Below, piece after piece: positions 47,306 through 56,661 of a stretch of DNA of 64,000 bases. Each line of letters opens with the position of its first letter. The first letter of the stretch is position 1. Source of the DNA: Candidatus Kaiserbacteria bacterium (GTDB lineage: Bacteria > Patescibacteriota > Minisyncoccia > Phycocordibacterales > UBA2100); NCBI GenBank assembly GCA_028286585.1, contig JAQBRI010000007.1, positions 18,479-82,478 of the forward strand, in the 5' to 3' direction. A program made the translations under genes and the position numbers. The notes under the pieces were generated by a model. The model searched no databases and had not been told where the DNA came from. It worked only from the letters and a program-made list of their open reading frames with translations.

Positions 47306-48172
47306 TCACATTATTTGCTGAAGCAACTCAACATCAGTCTTATGGTTGCCTCGTATGCTGCTTATGCTGCCGTCGAGAAACGTGCCAGGCAAAAGCCATA
47401 TCCCTATTCCTCCCAAGAAGTCCAATAGGCGATGTCTGGCAAGCTCTTCCAACACTTTGCCCGGATTTTTCTCACTTTGTGCCCATAGCACTCCATTATA
47501 ATGGGGCCAATGCAGTCCGCGGAGAATCGGTCGAAGCCAGTTTGGCTGACCCAGAGGACGCGATCGCATTATGTCGATCAATATCCTCTGGCTCAAAACA
47601 TCACTCCAGACATGAGTTCCCCATTGAGAATATTCAAGCTCAATAGTAAATCCGCAGATATCACCCGGCTGCGTACAAATTGAAACAATCCGTTTCTTTG
47701 TAGGATCAGGCGAAAAGTCTCCGTATTGTGTAAATGATTGCACAGCACCTTTCCATCGCTGTGATGCGGGAGAAAGATAGCCGTCTGGGATCAACTGATC
47801 GGCAATTGCTTCCCAGAACATTTTCGTGCATCCATCATAAGGAAGCCAGTGCGTGTTTGAATATATCCGTACTGAATCAAGCCCAATGAACCGCAAAGGA
47901 AAAAGATGCTCCACGACATGCATCTCATGTATGCCGCTCTTAAGAAAGAGGTGATGATGCCCGTACCGCAACAAATCGACGGTAATAGCGATGTCTTTCC
48001 CGTCAATATTCCAAAACCATCCCGGCTTGTCTGTAGGCTCTAGTATGATTTGCGCTTGACGCCCGAACACATCACGCCCGCGCATGGTTACAGAGTTTCT
48101 GAGACGATATTTCTGCACGACGGCCCCCCTACCTATAAGAGATAAAGATCGCAACTGTGAAGATCTAATCAC
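47306..48172 (-). CDS. Divergent LpxC-like zinc-dependent deacetylase
   Basis: VVEHL, PYDG, EELARHRLLDFLG and GNH align with LpxC TVEHL, PIMDG, DEFVRHKMLDAIG and SGH. Confidence 0.75.
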   Translation of the reverse strand: MIRSSQLRSLSLIGRGAVVQKYRLRNSVTMRGRDVFGRQAQIILEPTDKPGWFWNIDGKDIAITVDLLRYGHHHLFLKSGIHEMHVVEHLFPLRFIGLDSVRIYSNTHWLPYDGCTKMFWEAIADQLIPDGYLSPASQRWKGAVQSFTQYGDFSPDPTKKRIVSICTQPGDICGFTIELEYSQWGTHVWSDVLSQRILIDIMRSRPLGQPNWLRPILRGLHWPHYNGVLWAQSEKNPGKVLEELARHRLLDFLGGIGIWLLPGTFLDGSISSIRGNHKTDVELLQQIM

Positions 48173-48208
48173 GTTACTTGCCTTTTAACAAGGAGAATAA
48201 GAACGTGA

Positions 48209-48808
48209 TTATTCGCTCATTGGTTCGAACGATGCATCTGAAACGTCATCGGTATTTGTGTTACCTTGCTGTCGCTTGGATCCGCCTTTTCGTTGTGGGC
48301 GATAGTTAATTAGGTAACGTCGAGGATCGAGGTCGAGATCAAGAAAATGATCCGCAACTTCCTTAAGTTTGCCTGATGTTGAGCGGCCAAATGATACTAC
48401 TTCTACCTGACATCCTGCATGGATTTTTAGATAGTCGACAAGCGGCACAAAGTCGCCGTCACCGGTAAAGAGAATAATTGTGTCTAACTTTTCGGATGCC
48501 GTGATTGCGTCAACCGCAAGTCCGACGTCCCAGTCGGCTTTTTTTGCTCCTCCATAAAAGACCTGAAGGTCTTTTGTTTTGGACTCGATGCCCATATTGG
48601 TAAGAGCGTCGAGAAACGCTGTTTCCTCGCCACTTTCTGTGGTTACAAGGTATGCGCGGGCACGAATAAGTCTGCGATCGGAAACCGAATCAGTGAGAAC
48701 GTTTCCAAAGTGGACACGTGCGTGATAGAGGTTCTTTGCGCTGTGATAAAGGTTCTGTGTGTCGATAAAAACTCCGACACGCTGATCCTGGTGTTTGATA
48801 ATACTCAT
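48209..48808 (-). CDS. NYN-domain (LabA/DUF88) protein
   Basis: VFIDTQNLY, KADWDVGLAVD, TGDGDFVPL. Confidence 0.92.
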   Translation of the reverse strand: MSIIKHQDQRVGVFIDTQNLYHSAKNLYHARVHFGNVLTDSVSDRRLIRARAYLVTTESGEETAFLDALTNMGIESKTKDLQVFYGGAKKADWDVGLAVDAITASEKLDTIILFTGDGDFVPLVDYLKIHAGCQVEVVSFGRSTSGKLKEVADHFLDLDLDPRRYLINYRPQRKGGSKRQQGNTNTDDVSDASFEPMSE

Positions 48809-49053
48809 ATATAAATGATTACTAACTTATAAAAATGTAAACGTCGAACAATGTATTAAAATTACTCAATATATTATAGCATTTAAAAAATTGAGCATAA
48901 TTCTAGGCGGCCAATAAAAATAACTTGAGCCAGTACCTAAAGTACACTTCTGTTTTTCTAAACGGATTACCGTTTGTAAAACATGGGCGTACTACTGTAT
49001 GGTGAAAGATATTTTTTGAAGGGCAACAACGAAGTGTGCCAATTTTGTAAGTG

Positions 49054-49320
49054 CTATCGCTTTAAACCGAGCTTCTTAACTATAGAAGCATGAGACTTCT
49101 TATTAGTCGCCTCCAAGTATTTCAAATGCTTGCGTCGAGTAGCAACAAGTCCCAAAAGTCCTCTTCGAGAATGAATATCTTTAGTATTTTTCGTCAAATG
49201 AGCCGAAACTTCTTCAATACGCCGACTTAAAAGAGCAATCTGGACTTCGGATGAGCCAGTATCACTCTCGTGGAGACGTACCTTTGTTATTTCGTTCTGC
49301 TTCTTGCGCTTCGTTAACAT
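49054..49320 (-). CDS. rpsO: 30S ribosomal protein S15
   Basis: DTGSSEVQIALL, KDIHSRRGLL. Confidence 0.98.
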   Translation of the reverse strand: MLTKRKKQNEITKVRLHESDTGSSEVQIALLSRRIEEVSAHLTKNTKDIHSRRGLLGLVATRRKHLKYLEATNKKSHASIVKKLGLKR

Positions 49321-49381
49321 GCCCGAATGATAGCACGCAGACGGTAAATATGCAAGTACTGAGGGTTTTTGGCCCTAAAGC

Positions 49382-49954
49382 TTACTTTTTGGTTGCTGTA
49401 GTTGTAGCAGGCTTCTTTGTTGCTGGAGTTGTTGAGGTTGCCTGAGCTGCTGCTTGTGCTGCCTGAGCTTCTGCGACTGTCTGTACAGCTACCAATTTGA
49501 CGTCAAATTGAATAGTTGAGTTAGCGGGAATGATTACCGTACCAGAAGCATCCTTGATGTCTTGTGCCCCATATCCAAGCGCTGGTGGAATAGCGATTAC
49601 TCGTTCTCCTCCGACTTTCATACCGTTTACACCAATCTGAAATCCAGGAATCAAGCCCTGTGCTCCGAGTTGGAAGATAAGTGGCTGGTTTCCGTGTGCT
49701 GCTGAGCTATCAAATACTGTGCCGTCTGGAAGTTTACCGGTGTAGAGAACAGAAACAACCAAATCAGGCTTTGCTTCTGCGCCTGTTCCGACTACTACAT
49801 CCTGTGCCTGTACCTGACTTGTAGTTGCAGTTTGTGCAGTTGTAGTTGCAGTTTCTGCCGTAGTAGTTGTTCGAGACATACTAACCGCGTATACGATGCC
49901 AACAATAATAAGAATTCCAATAATAGCAATAACAATTGTTCGTGTGTTTATCAT
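49382..49954 (-). CDS. Membrane-anchored FKBP-type peptidyl-prolyl isomerase
   Basis: YTGKLPDGTVFDSS, GMKVGGER, IPPALGYG, IPANSTIQFDV. Confidence 0.95.
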   Translation of the reverse strand: MINTRTIVIAIIGILIIVGIVYAVSMSRTTTTAETATTTAQTATTSQVQAQDVVVGTGAEAKPDLVVSVLYTGKLPDGTVFDSSAAHGNQPLIFQLGAQGLIPGFQIGVNGMKVGGERVIAIPPALGYGAQDIKDASGTVIIPANSTIQFDVKLVAVQTVAEAQAAQAAAQATSTTPATKKPATTTATKK

Positions 49955-50035
49955 ATACCTAAAAGCATACTCGTCTCCTCGATATATGCAAGCTTTTTTG
50001 AGTGTGGATAATCAATACAATGATACGATGTGTGT

Positions 50036-50941
50036 ATGGCGGATTTGAAAGCAATGAAACAGCAGTTTTTGGAATACATAGAGATCGAAAAAGGCCGCAG
50101 TGTAAAGACGGTCGAGAATTACGACCGCTACCTCACGCGCTTTTTAGACCATACCAAGGTAAAGACCGCCGAAAACGTGACGGAATCAATGGTTCGCGAA
50201 TTTCGTTTGTGGCTTAATCGCCAACCGGGCGTGTCTGGCGACATGAAACGCAAGACCCAAAACTACTACATGATTGCGCTCCGCGCTTTTCTCAAATACA
50301 TGCGTCGCAATAATGTTAAGTCACTCGATCCAGAGCGAATCGAGCTTGCAAAGGTTGGAGCACGAGACTTGGACTTGATTACCGCAGCAGAGCTTGATCG
50401 TCTACTTAATGGTCCCAATGGAACCACGACACAATCATTGCGCGATAAGGCAATACTCGAGCTATTTTTTTCAACTGGGCTTCGCGTGTCTGAACTTTGT
50501 TCTCTTAGTCGTGATCTCGACCTTTCGCGTGACGAGTTTTCGGTGCGCGGCAAGGGCGACAAGGTGCGCGTAGTCTTTCTCTCCTCCTCTGCAAAAGATG
50601 CCATACGAGCATACGAAAAAAAACGCACCGACCTCAGTGACGCCCTTTTTGTGAATGTCAGTAAAATAAATGCGACCAACAAGAACGATAGACTCACCTC
50701 CCGCAGTATTGAGCGCATTGTAAAAGGCTATGCCGTCAAGGCTGGTATCACCCGTAAGGTCACTCCCCACGTGATTCGCCACTCATTTGCCACAGACCTG
50801 CTCGAAAATGGCGCCGATTTGCGTAGCGTGCAGGCACTCCTTGGTCACGCCAATATTGCCACAACGCAGGTCTATACCCATGTGACCGACAAACACCTTC
50901 GCGAAGTCCACCAAAAATTCCACGGCAAACGCCGCGCTTAA
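50036..50941 (+). CDS. XerC/XerD-family tyrosine recombinase
   Basis: TGLRVSEL, GKGDK, TPHVIRHSFATDLL, LLGH, TTQVY. Confidence 0.95.
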   Translation: MADLKAMKQQFLEYIEIEKGRSVKTVENYDRYLTRFLDHTKVKTAENVTESMVREFRLWLNRQPGVSGDMKRKTQNYYMIALRAFLKYMRRNNVKSLDPERIELAKVGARDLDLITAAELDRLLNGPNGTTTQSLRDKAILELFFSTGLRVSELCSLSRDLDLSRDEFSVRGKGDKVRVVFLSSSAKDAIRAYEKKRTDLSDALFVNVSKINATNKNDRLTSRSIERIVKGYAVKAGITRKVTPHVIRHSFATDLLENGADLRSVQALLGHANIATTQVYTHVTDKHLREVHQKFHGKRRA

Positions 50942-50946
50942 ACAAA

Positions 50947-50971
50947 ACTGCGCCATATATATTGGCGCAGT
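50947..50971. terminator. Terminator hairpin between convergent genes
   Basis: ACTGCGCCA/TGGCGCAGT. Confidence 0.65.
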
Positions 50972-51001
50972 GAAAACTAACAATATCTAATTTTTTTGAT
51001 T

Positions 51002-51499
51002 CTATTCATCTTCTCCAATTTTCCATATTTTGGAATCGAAGTCGAAAAAATCCACTACATCTGTAATTTCGAGGTGACCCCTGATCTCGCCTCCGTCAGG
51101 AAAATGCTCGCCAGTGAGAAGAAATACAACGTAACAAGGGTCTTCGTTATACTCTTGGATATACATTTTCCAATTTGAAAGCAGGTCATCAAACCCGGCT
51201 TCCAAATACATGTCATGAAATTTGCTATCCGCTTCCTTCATATGCTCGAGAAACATTTGATATTGGTCGACTGTTAGAAGTGTCAGGTTCTTCCAGCCCA
51301 TCGATTGATAATCATTTAGTTGCAATATCACCTGTTTCCGTTTCAACAGCCCCCAACTCTTTTTTTCTGTAGTCAGTATGAATTGGAAATCGATACCTGT
51401 ATCGTCTTGAACTATGGCCTCAAGGTCAATCACGGTTTCGTCTTTTAATTTTATTCCCTCGGGAAGTTTGAATAAATGAGTTACTTCACGTTTAGACAT
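51002..51499 (-). CDS. Hypothetical acidic protein (module 1 cargo)
   Basis: 165-aa ORF with AAGGAG SD. Confidence 0.7.
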   Translation of the reverse strand: MSKREVTHLFKLPEGIKLKDETVIDLEAIVQDDTGIDFQFILTTEKKSWGLLKRKQVILQLNDYQSMGWKNLTLLTVDQYQMFLEHMKEADSKFHDMYLEAGFDDLLSNWKMYIQEYNEDPCYVVFLLTGEHFPDGGEIRGHLEITDVVDFFDFDSKIWKIGEDE

Positions 51500-51564
51500 T
51501 TTTCTCTCCTTTAGTTAAAGAGGTGCTGCATATAAATAGACTATGTGCAGTGCATAAAAGAATG

Positions 51565-51918
51565 TCACTCGGACGCTCTCTTTGCTACATCCTTAGGATG
51601 CATCCGAAATGCATAGCGCGTCGCAAATCGAAGATCGCTAAGTAAGCAGTTAATCTCAGGGTGTCTATCATATGGATAAGTTTTAACGATGTTACGTACA
51701 AGAGTATCGAGATTATAGTCTTGCGGCAGCTGATCAATAAGCCAACCTTCGGATGTTGTGATCAAAGAATCATCATCTAATGTAACTGTGGCAACCAGGT
51801 TTCCTAACTCGCCCTCACTATCGATATATTCAACTAATTCAGCAAAGATTTCTGGAGTTACTTCTGCCCCAGACAAGATAACACCCATTGCCGCCGCTAC
51901 ATTCAGGTCGATTTTCAT
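51565..51918 (-). CDS. Hypothetical protein (module 1 cargo)
   Basis: 117-aa ORF with AAGGAG SD and TTGACA-16-TATAAT promoter. Confidence 0.7.
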   Translation of the reverse strand: MKIDLNVAAAMGVILSGAEVTPEIFAELVEYIDSEGELGNLVATVTLDDDSLITTSEGWLIDQLPQDYNLDTLVRNIVKTYPYDRHPEINCLLSDLRFATRYAFRMHPKDVAKRASE

Positions 51919-51965
51919 GGCTCGCTCCTTTATTTACTACGGTAATTATACCCCAAAATATAGTA

Positions 51966-52053
51966 TTGTCAATAATATTAATGACAAAAATACGGGCATA
52001 TTTGTCTTTATTTATGGTTTGTTATACAATATTGTCATAAATAAATATGACAA
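51966..52053. promoter_or_regulatory. Two TTGTCA-N10-TGACAA palindromes (candidate operators)
   Basis: 51966-51987 overlaps the cargo -35; 52032-52053 overlaps the regulator ATG. Confidence 0.75.
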
Positions 52054-52802
52054 ACCACATTGACCAGTCTTTGCTTCTCCGTCTCTCTGAAGTGGGCCTG
52101 AACGACAATGATTCAAAAGTATATATATACCTTTTACAGCTTGGCCAAATAATTGGAGGTTCGAAAATTGCCTTGCAATTGGGCATGCATCGACAATATA
52201 TCCATACTTCATTACAGAAACTCATAAAACTTGAATTAGTCGAAGAAATACCTTCTGGTGCTCGGAATAAGTATCGCGCGCTACCACCAGCCCATTTGGA
52301 GCGTCTTGCAAAGTCACATTTACATAATATTCAACGCGTAGTTCGTGAATTAAATGCAATTTCAGCAATAGGAGCAGAACAGGACTTCGAAATATACCGT
52401 GGCATCAATCAAGTTGTAGAATTTGAGGAAGAATTAGTGCATTCCCTGCCACCAAATACTGAACAATATATTATCGGAGGAGGATCTAAGGCCTTTATCA
52501 CTTTTTTTGGAGATAGGTTTGAAGAAATTACCGGCGATGCTGCTACCAAGGGTTTAAAAACAATGTACGTGGGTGCTCCTGATGAATTACCTTGGCTTGA
52601 AAGGGCGCAAAAAGCAAATAAACTTTTTGAATATAAAATTATAGAAACCATGCCTACTACAATTGTTCAGATGGTTATTCGACTCGACAGCGTAACCTTT
52701 TGTAGCTACGCAACCCCGCCGCTTGTGTATGTTGTGAAATCGAAAGCAGTATACGAGGACTATAGAAAGTTTTTCGATATGCTTTGGAATATGGCGATGT
52801 AG
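52047..52802 (+). CDS. TrmB-family wHTH transcriptional regulator
   Basis: GLNDNDSKVYIYLL...HRQYIHTSLQKL...KYRALPP; C-terminal FFDMLW effector-type domain. Confidence 0.85.
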   Translation: MTNHIDQSLLLRLSEVGLNDNDSKVYIYLLQLGQIIGGSKIALQLGMHRQYIHTSLQKLIKLELVEEIPSGARNKYRALPPAHLERLAKSHLHNIQRVVRELNAISAIGAEQDFEIYRGINQVVEFEEELVHSLPPNTEQYIIGGGSKAFITFFGDRFEEITGDAATKGLKTMYVGAPDELPWLERAQKANKLFEYKIIETMPTTIVQMVIRLDSVTFCSYATPPLVYVVKSKAVYEDYRKFFDMLWNMAM

Positions 52803-53570
52803 CTATTTCGCGGTTGATTGTACGTAATTAAATATTTGTTTCATCGCATAAGCGATTGTTTCGTCTTCGATAATGAGTGCCACTGGATTTTCTTGCGAGT
52901 AAGAAAGAATACTCACTTTGTGATCATAGATGCAGATTTCTGTATTGAAATTATATTCAGCCGGAATAAACGAGGCAACTCTCCCCTTCTTTGCATCATC
53001 TTTGGTTGCCTCTATCGCCTTTTGTGTTGCTGGCACGATATATTCGGCTTTGATACTGCGCTTGTTGCGCTGATCAATAAAATAATCCATCCATGTTTGT
53101 GTCATCGACGTCACTGCCCCCTCAAGACCAGTAAGAGCGTAGATCATTTTTTCGTTGTTGTGTTCGAGCATGTCTTCGTACGCCTGCTCGACTCCGCTTA
53201 TGCCTTCAAAAAATTGCACTTTGGGCAGTACTTTGCCTTTGTTGCGCATAAGAAGTAGTTGAGGAATGACGCCCTCGAGGTCTTTTTTGCTCGACAAGAG
53301 TTCATCGCGCTTGCGCTCGACGTACCCAGGTAACATCTCGGGTGCAATAGATTGGTAGCGGGTAGCACTTTCGTTTTTATTTACGGAAGAAACAAGACCT
53401 TTTCCCGAAAGTTCCTTGAGTAAGCCATAGGTGGTGGTGCGATTGAGCTTTGCTATTTTTGATACATTTGTGGCCAGCATTGGTCCGTTTTGAAGCAATA
53501 CCAAAAGTACTGCTACCTCTTTGTCTGCCAAACCGATATTTATCAGGGCTCTTTTGATTGCTGGAGGCAT
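52803..53570 (-). CDS. TrmB-family wHTH transcriptional regulator
   Basis: GLADKEVAVLLVLL...LNRTTTYGLLKEL; PKVQFFEG; IYDHKV. Confidence 0.88.
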   Translation of the reverse strand: MPPAIKRALINIGLADKEVAVLLVLLQNGPMLATNVSKIAKLNRTTTYGLLKELSGKGLVSSVNKNESATRYQSIAPEMLPGYVERKRDELLSSKKDLEGVIPQLLLMRNKGKVLPKVQFFEGISGVEQAYEDMLEHNNEKMIYALTGLEGAVTSMTQTWMDYFIDQRNKRSIKAEYIVPATQKAIEATKDDAKKGRVASFIPAEYNFNTEICIYDHKVSILSYSQENPVALIIEDETIAYAMKQIFNYVQSTAK

Positions 53571-53714
53571 GTGTGTAACAGTATATTGTTGTCTAAAATT
53601 GTCAACATTTCATTATATTTTGATTGAAATTTAGTTTAAATTAAGGTTAAATATTGTCAGAACAACCGAACAGACGTTCGGAACATTGGACTGCCCTAAG
53701 GAGGGGCTTAGATT

Positions 53715-54146
53715 ATGAACGATCAAGTAATCGCTCCCGAAACGTACGACTCGTTTCGGAATACGACGAAGATGGCGACAGTTGTCTATTCTTCTGGCAC
53801 GAAGCCCGGGTCGCCCATAGTGGCGCTACATCAGCATGTTATTGATGCTGTCGTAGATGTATTTGAATTTCCAAAGGATAAAGAATACCCACATGATTGT
53901 GGGGCGGTTGACTTAAAGGGGCATATCTTCTATTGGCAAATCCTCAAACGCTCAGAAGACCCTGAAAATTCAAACGGTCGGCACTGGTGCCTGTATAGTA
54001 GCACTGACCTGTTTCGCTATCGCAAAAAGGTAGGGATTGGGCAAAATCCTACCCCAGAAGCCGAAGCAATGTTCGAAACACATGTGCTGGTGATCTGGAC
54101 TCCTGGCACCTTCGACCCTTCTTACATGATTCACCCGCAGCCATAG
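53715..54146 (+). CDS. Hypothetical protein with weak DUF3768-like motif (module 2 cargo)
   Basis: HDCGAVDLKGHIFYWQI...HVLVIW resembles HDFG...FWKI...RVLTI; AAGGAGG SD. Confidence 0.55.
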   Translation: MNDQVIAPETYDSFRNTTKMATVVYSSGTKPGSPIVALHQHVIDAVVDVFEFPKDKEYPHDCGAVDLKGHIFYWQILKRSEDPENSNGRHWCLYSSTDLFRYRKKVGIGQNPTPEAEAMFETHVLVIWTPGTFDPSYMIHPQP

Positions 54147-54160
54147 CTGCGGGTTTTCTT
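54133..54160 (+). terminator. Intrinsic terminator
   Basis: ACCCGCAGC/GCTGCGGGT followed by TTTCTT. Confidence 0.75.
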
Positions 54161-54914
54161 ATTTCGCGACGTTCCACAGTACTTCGAACAGTGCACGTTG
54201 ACTTACAACTGCTGCTTCGTTTCGCACACGCACAGTTACGACCTCGGGCTCATAAAAGTTAAAACTGACACTGTTGGGGCGAATTGCGATGTTTACGATA
54301 TTTCCAATACCCGGAATAAGCCTTGATTCATTGGTTATTACGCTCTCTTCCCTATTGTGTCGCACATCTTCCCCGCTTCCGATGTATCGGAGTGTTATTT
54401 CCTTTTGTTTACGCAGATCTTCCCATTGGTGTATCCGATCGCCCATTAGCATAACAAAGTTCATGCCGGCACCTCCTACAATGTCTAAAAACTCCCCTAC
54501 CCGTGCTTCTTGTAGCAGCTTAAATTCATCAGCAATTACAGCATATTCTCCTCGTATAACCTCCACAATTCCTGCAGGAGAACGGTCATAGAGTTTCATA
54601 AGATGTGTAACTCCGTCTATAGCGTCCATACGTGCCTTTTCTGCTTCTTGCAAAAGTTTGTCGGGGCTTGTCGCGTGGTATTTGACCTTTCTCCCCTCCC
54701 CGACCACTTGTACAAGTCGCCTTTCTTGCATCTCGTGGAGCGCGTCGTACACGTATTGTCTGTGGAGCTTGGTGCGCATCACGATCACCTTTGGATTGAG
54801 TGGAATCCCCGCTTCAAGCATGACAACATATACCGCTGCTGCCTTTGCAGAAAGCCCTGCTTTAAGCGCAGAACGCAAATAAAAGTTCTCACCCGATTCT
54901 TTTTTATTAGTCAT
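54159..54914 (-). CDS. TrmB-family wHTH transcriptional regulator
   Basis: GLSAKAAAVYVVML...LHRQYVYDAL...KYHATSP; LFEVLW; closest to the 52047 paralog. Confidence 0.85.
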   Translation of the reverse strand: MTNKKESGENFYLRSALKAGLSAKAAAVYVVMLEAGIPLNPKVIVMRTKLHRQYVYDALHEMQERRLVQVVGEGRKVKYHATSPDKLLQEAEKARMDAIDGVTHLMKLYDRSPAGIVEVIRGEYAVIADEFKLLQEARVGEFLDIVGGAGMNFVMLMGDRIHQWEDLRKQKEITLRYIGSGEDVRHNREESVITNESRLIPGIGNIVNIAIRPNSVSFNFYEPEVVTVRVRNEAAVVSQRALFEVLWNVAK

Positions 54915-54927
54915 AATTATATGACTA
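54908..54927. promoter_or_regulatory. TAGTCA-N8-TGACTA palindrome over the regulator start codon
   Basis: Read directly; extra half-sites at 54961 and 54990 next to the cargo TTGACA (55000). Confidence 0.7.
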
Positions 54928-55075
54928 TCATACAAAATATAGCCATATATGCAAGTATATTAGTCGTATAAAGATTGAAATAAAAACTATGACTATGTAT
55001 TGACATGCGCTTCTTTTAGAGATATAATATGTGCAGATTGGTCATTGAGACTTGTCATAGACAGAGGGGTTACTA

Positions 55076-55789
55076 ATGAGCGAATTCAACAAAGACTGGT
55101 TCATCATTTACTCAAAAAAGAGAAATGTTGTACCTCTCAAAACGATCGAAGAGGCCAGAGCCGCCCACCAAGATGCGCCACGCGGTTCAGAGCAAGAGTT
55201 GCTCGCGCTGTCTAAATGGGCCGGACTCTCTTTCCAGGCAGCAAAAAAGGCTAAAAATGCAAAAGAGGCCGAGGAGGCCTGCAAAGCTGCACCTGATAAA
55301 ACTCAGGCTTATTGCCTTGCGCGGGATAAGTGGGATGAATTTTCGATTGTTGACGCAAGGAAGGCAAAAACCCCTATGCAGCTGAGGCGAGTAATCATAC
55401 AAGCTCGGCACGGCTCAAAGGCTATTGATATTGCCTTGAGTCGATGGGAGGAGTTGGCGCTTTTAATGGCCCAAAAGGCATCAGACATTGAAAAATGCGT
55501 GGCTGCTATAGAAGCCTCACCGTCCACTACTTGGTACTCTTCAAAGGCGAGCTCCCTGGCAATAAGCAAGCGGAATGCCTTTTTGCAAATAGAGCTCGAC
55601 AAGGCTATGACATATGAAGAAGTTTCCCGGGTCTTCATCATGTGCAGCGACATGAACTTAAAAGGAACTGATATTTATAAACATGCTGGAATGCGTGTGA
55701 ACCAGTTTTACAATAAGCTTCATCGTCGTAAACAAATTGATGTCGAAAGTGAAGATGTACACTGCTCAAATGGATCAGTATATTACTAA
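55076..55789 (+). CDS. Hypothetical helical-repeat protein (module 3 cargo)
   Basis: Repeats of about 39 aa ending ALSKW, ARDKW, ALSRW; GAGGGG SD. Confidence 0.7.
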   Translation: MSEFNKDWFIIYSKKRNVVPLKTIEEARAAHQDAPRGSEQELLALSKWAGLSFQAAKKAKNAKEAEEACKAAPDKTQAYCLARDKWDEFSIVDARKAKTPMQLRRVIIQARHGSKAIDIALSRWEELALLMAQKASDIEKCVAAIEASPSTTWYSSKASSLAISKRNAFLQIELDKAMTYEEVSRVFIMCSDMNLKGTDIYKHAGMRVNQFYNKLHRRKQIDVESEDVHCSNGSVYY

Positions 55790-55794
55790 AAATG

Positions 55795-55822
55795 ACAGCG
55801 GATCGAGAGATCCGCTGTTTTC
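55795..55822 (+). terminator. Intrinsic terminator
   Basis: ACAGCGGATC-GAGA-GATCCGCTGT followed by TTT. Confidence 0.8.
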
Positions 55823-56085
55823 TCTATATCTTTCACGTGTAACAGGAATTGAGGTGTTATTCGTTGCTAAGTAACTAAATACATACACCTTTTAGGTTAA
55901 ATTATCTAAAATTATATAAAGTGTGCCACGTGTAACCTAAAAAGTGTAAGTATTTGGGATACTATCTTACTTTTATCGGTTACACGTGGCACATGTTGCC
56001 AAAGGCTTGCTTATGGTCCGAGATAGCGCGCTGGATATCTAACTTGGATCTGCTTTCTGCAAATTCCAACCTAAACCTACCTTTT

Positions 56086-56499
56086 TTAACGCGAGGGTCG
56101 ATCTTTGAAGATTCGTCGCACAAGAAGTGCCGTTGGAAGTAGTGCAAGGAATTCAAAGATTATCCACGGACTTGCAAAGAACGGTAGAAAGTCAGGATTG
56201 AAGGTTTCGAAGGGAAGTGTCATGCATCCATAGGAGAATGAAAATGGAATGAGGGAGAACCAGTAAAAGCACGCTCGCATAAAGAAGTCATCGTCTTCTG
56301 ACTTTGATTTTATCTCCGTCTCATACATCAGCGAAGCTAGGAAAAACCCTCCGCCCCACAGCGAACAAAAGCCAACTGCGAGCGGAACAGTACCGTCATG
56401 CCGTGGCCATGCTCCGGCTCCGGCGATGCTGCCAATGTACACAAAGATAAGAGAAATAGTAACTGAAAGAATGACGAATATTGCTCTGCTCATTTGCAT
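56086..56499 (-). CDS. Hypothetical four-TM membrane protein (module 4 cargo)
   Basis: Four hydrophobic segments; AGGAG SD before ATG 56499. Confidence 0.65.
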   Translation of the reverse strand: MQMSRAIFVILSVTISLIFVYIGSIAGAGAWPRHDGTVPLAVGFCSLWGGGFFLASLMYETEIKSKSEDDDFFMRACFYWFSLIPFSFSYGCMTLPFETFNPDFLPFFASPWIIFEFLALLPTALLVRRIFKDRPSR

Positions 56500-56623
56500 G
56501 ACATAATCTCCTGTTTTGAACAACCCGAGTCATTTTACGCGTATTCTACTGTCGTGCGAGTAAAGGAAAAGCCGATTTTTACTCCCCAAAATACTCAATA
56601 AAATAAAGATATACACAGTATTT

Positions 56624-56648
56624 TATATGTCCAAAAAGTGGACATATA
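56624..56648. promoter_or_regulatory. Perfect TATATGTCCA-N5-TGGACATATA palindrome (candidate operator)
   Basis: Directly upstream of the TATAAT of the 56662 regulator. Confidence 0.75.
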
Positions 56649-56661
56649 GTATAATGCAACA

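Noticed and set aside
50036-50941. Integron integrase or prophage integrase for the downstream array
   Set aside because: Looks like a housekeeping XerC/D without an obvious IntI insertion; no attC sites, att repeats or phage genes seen
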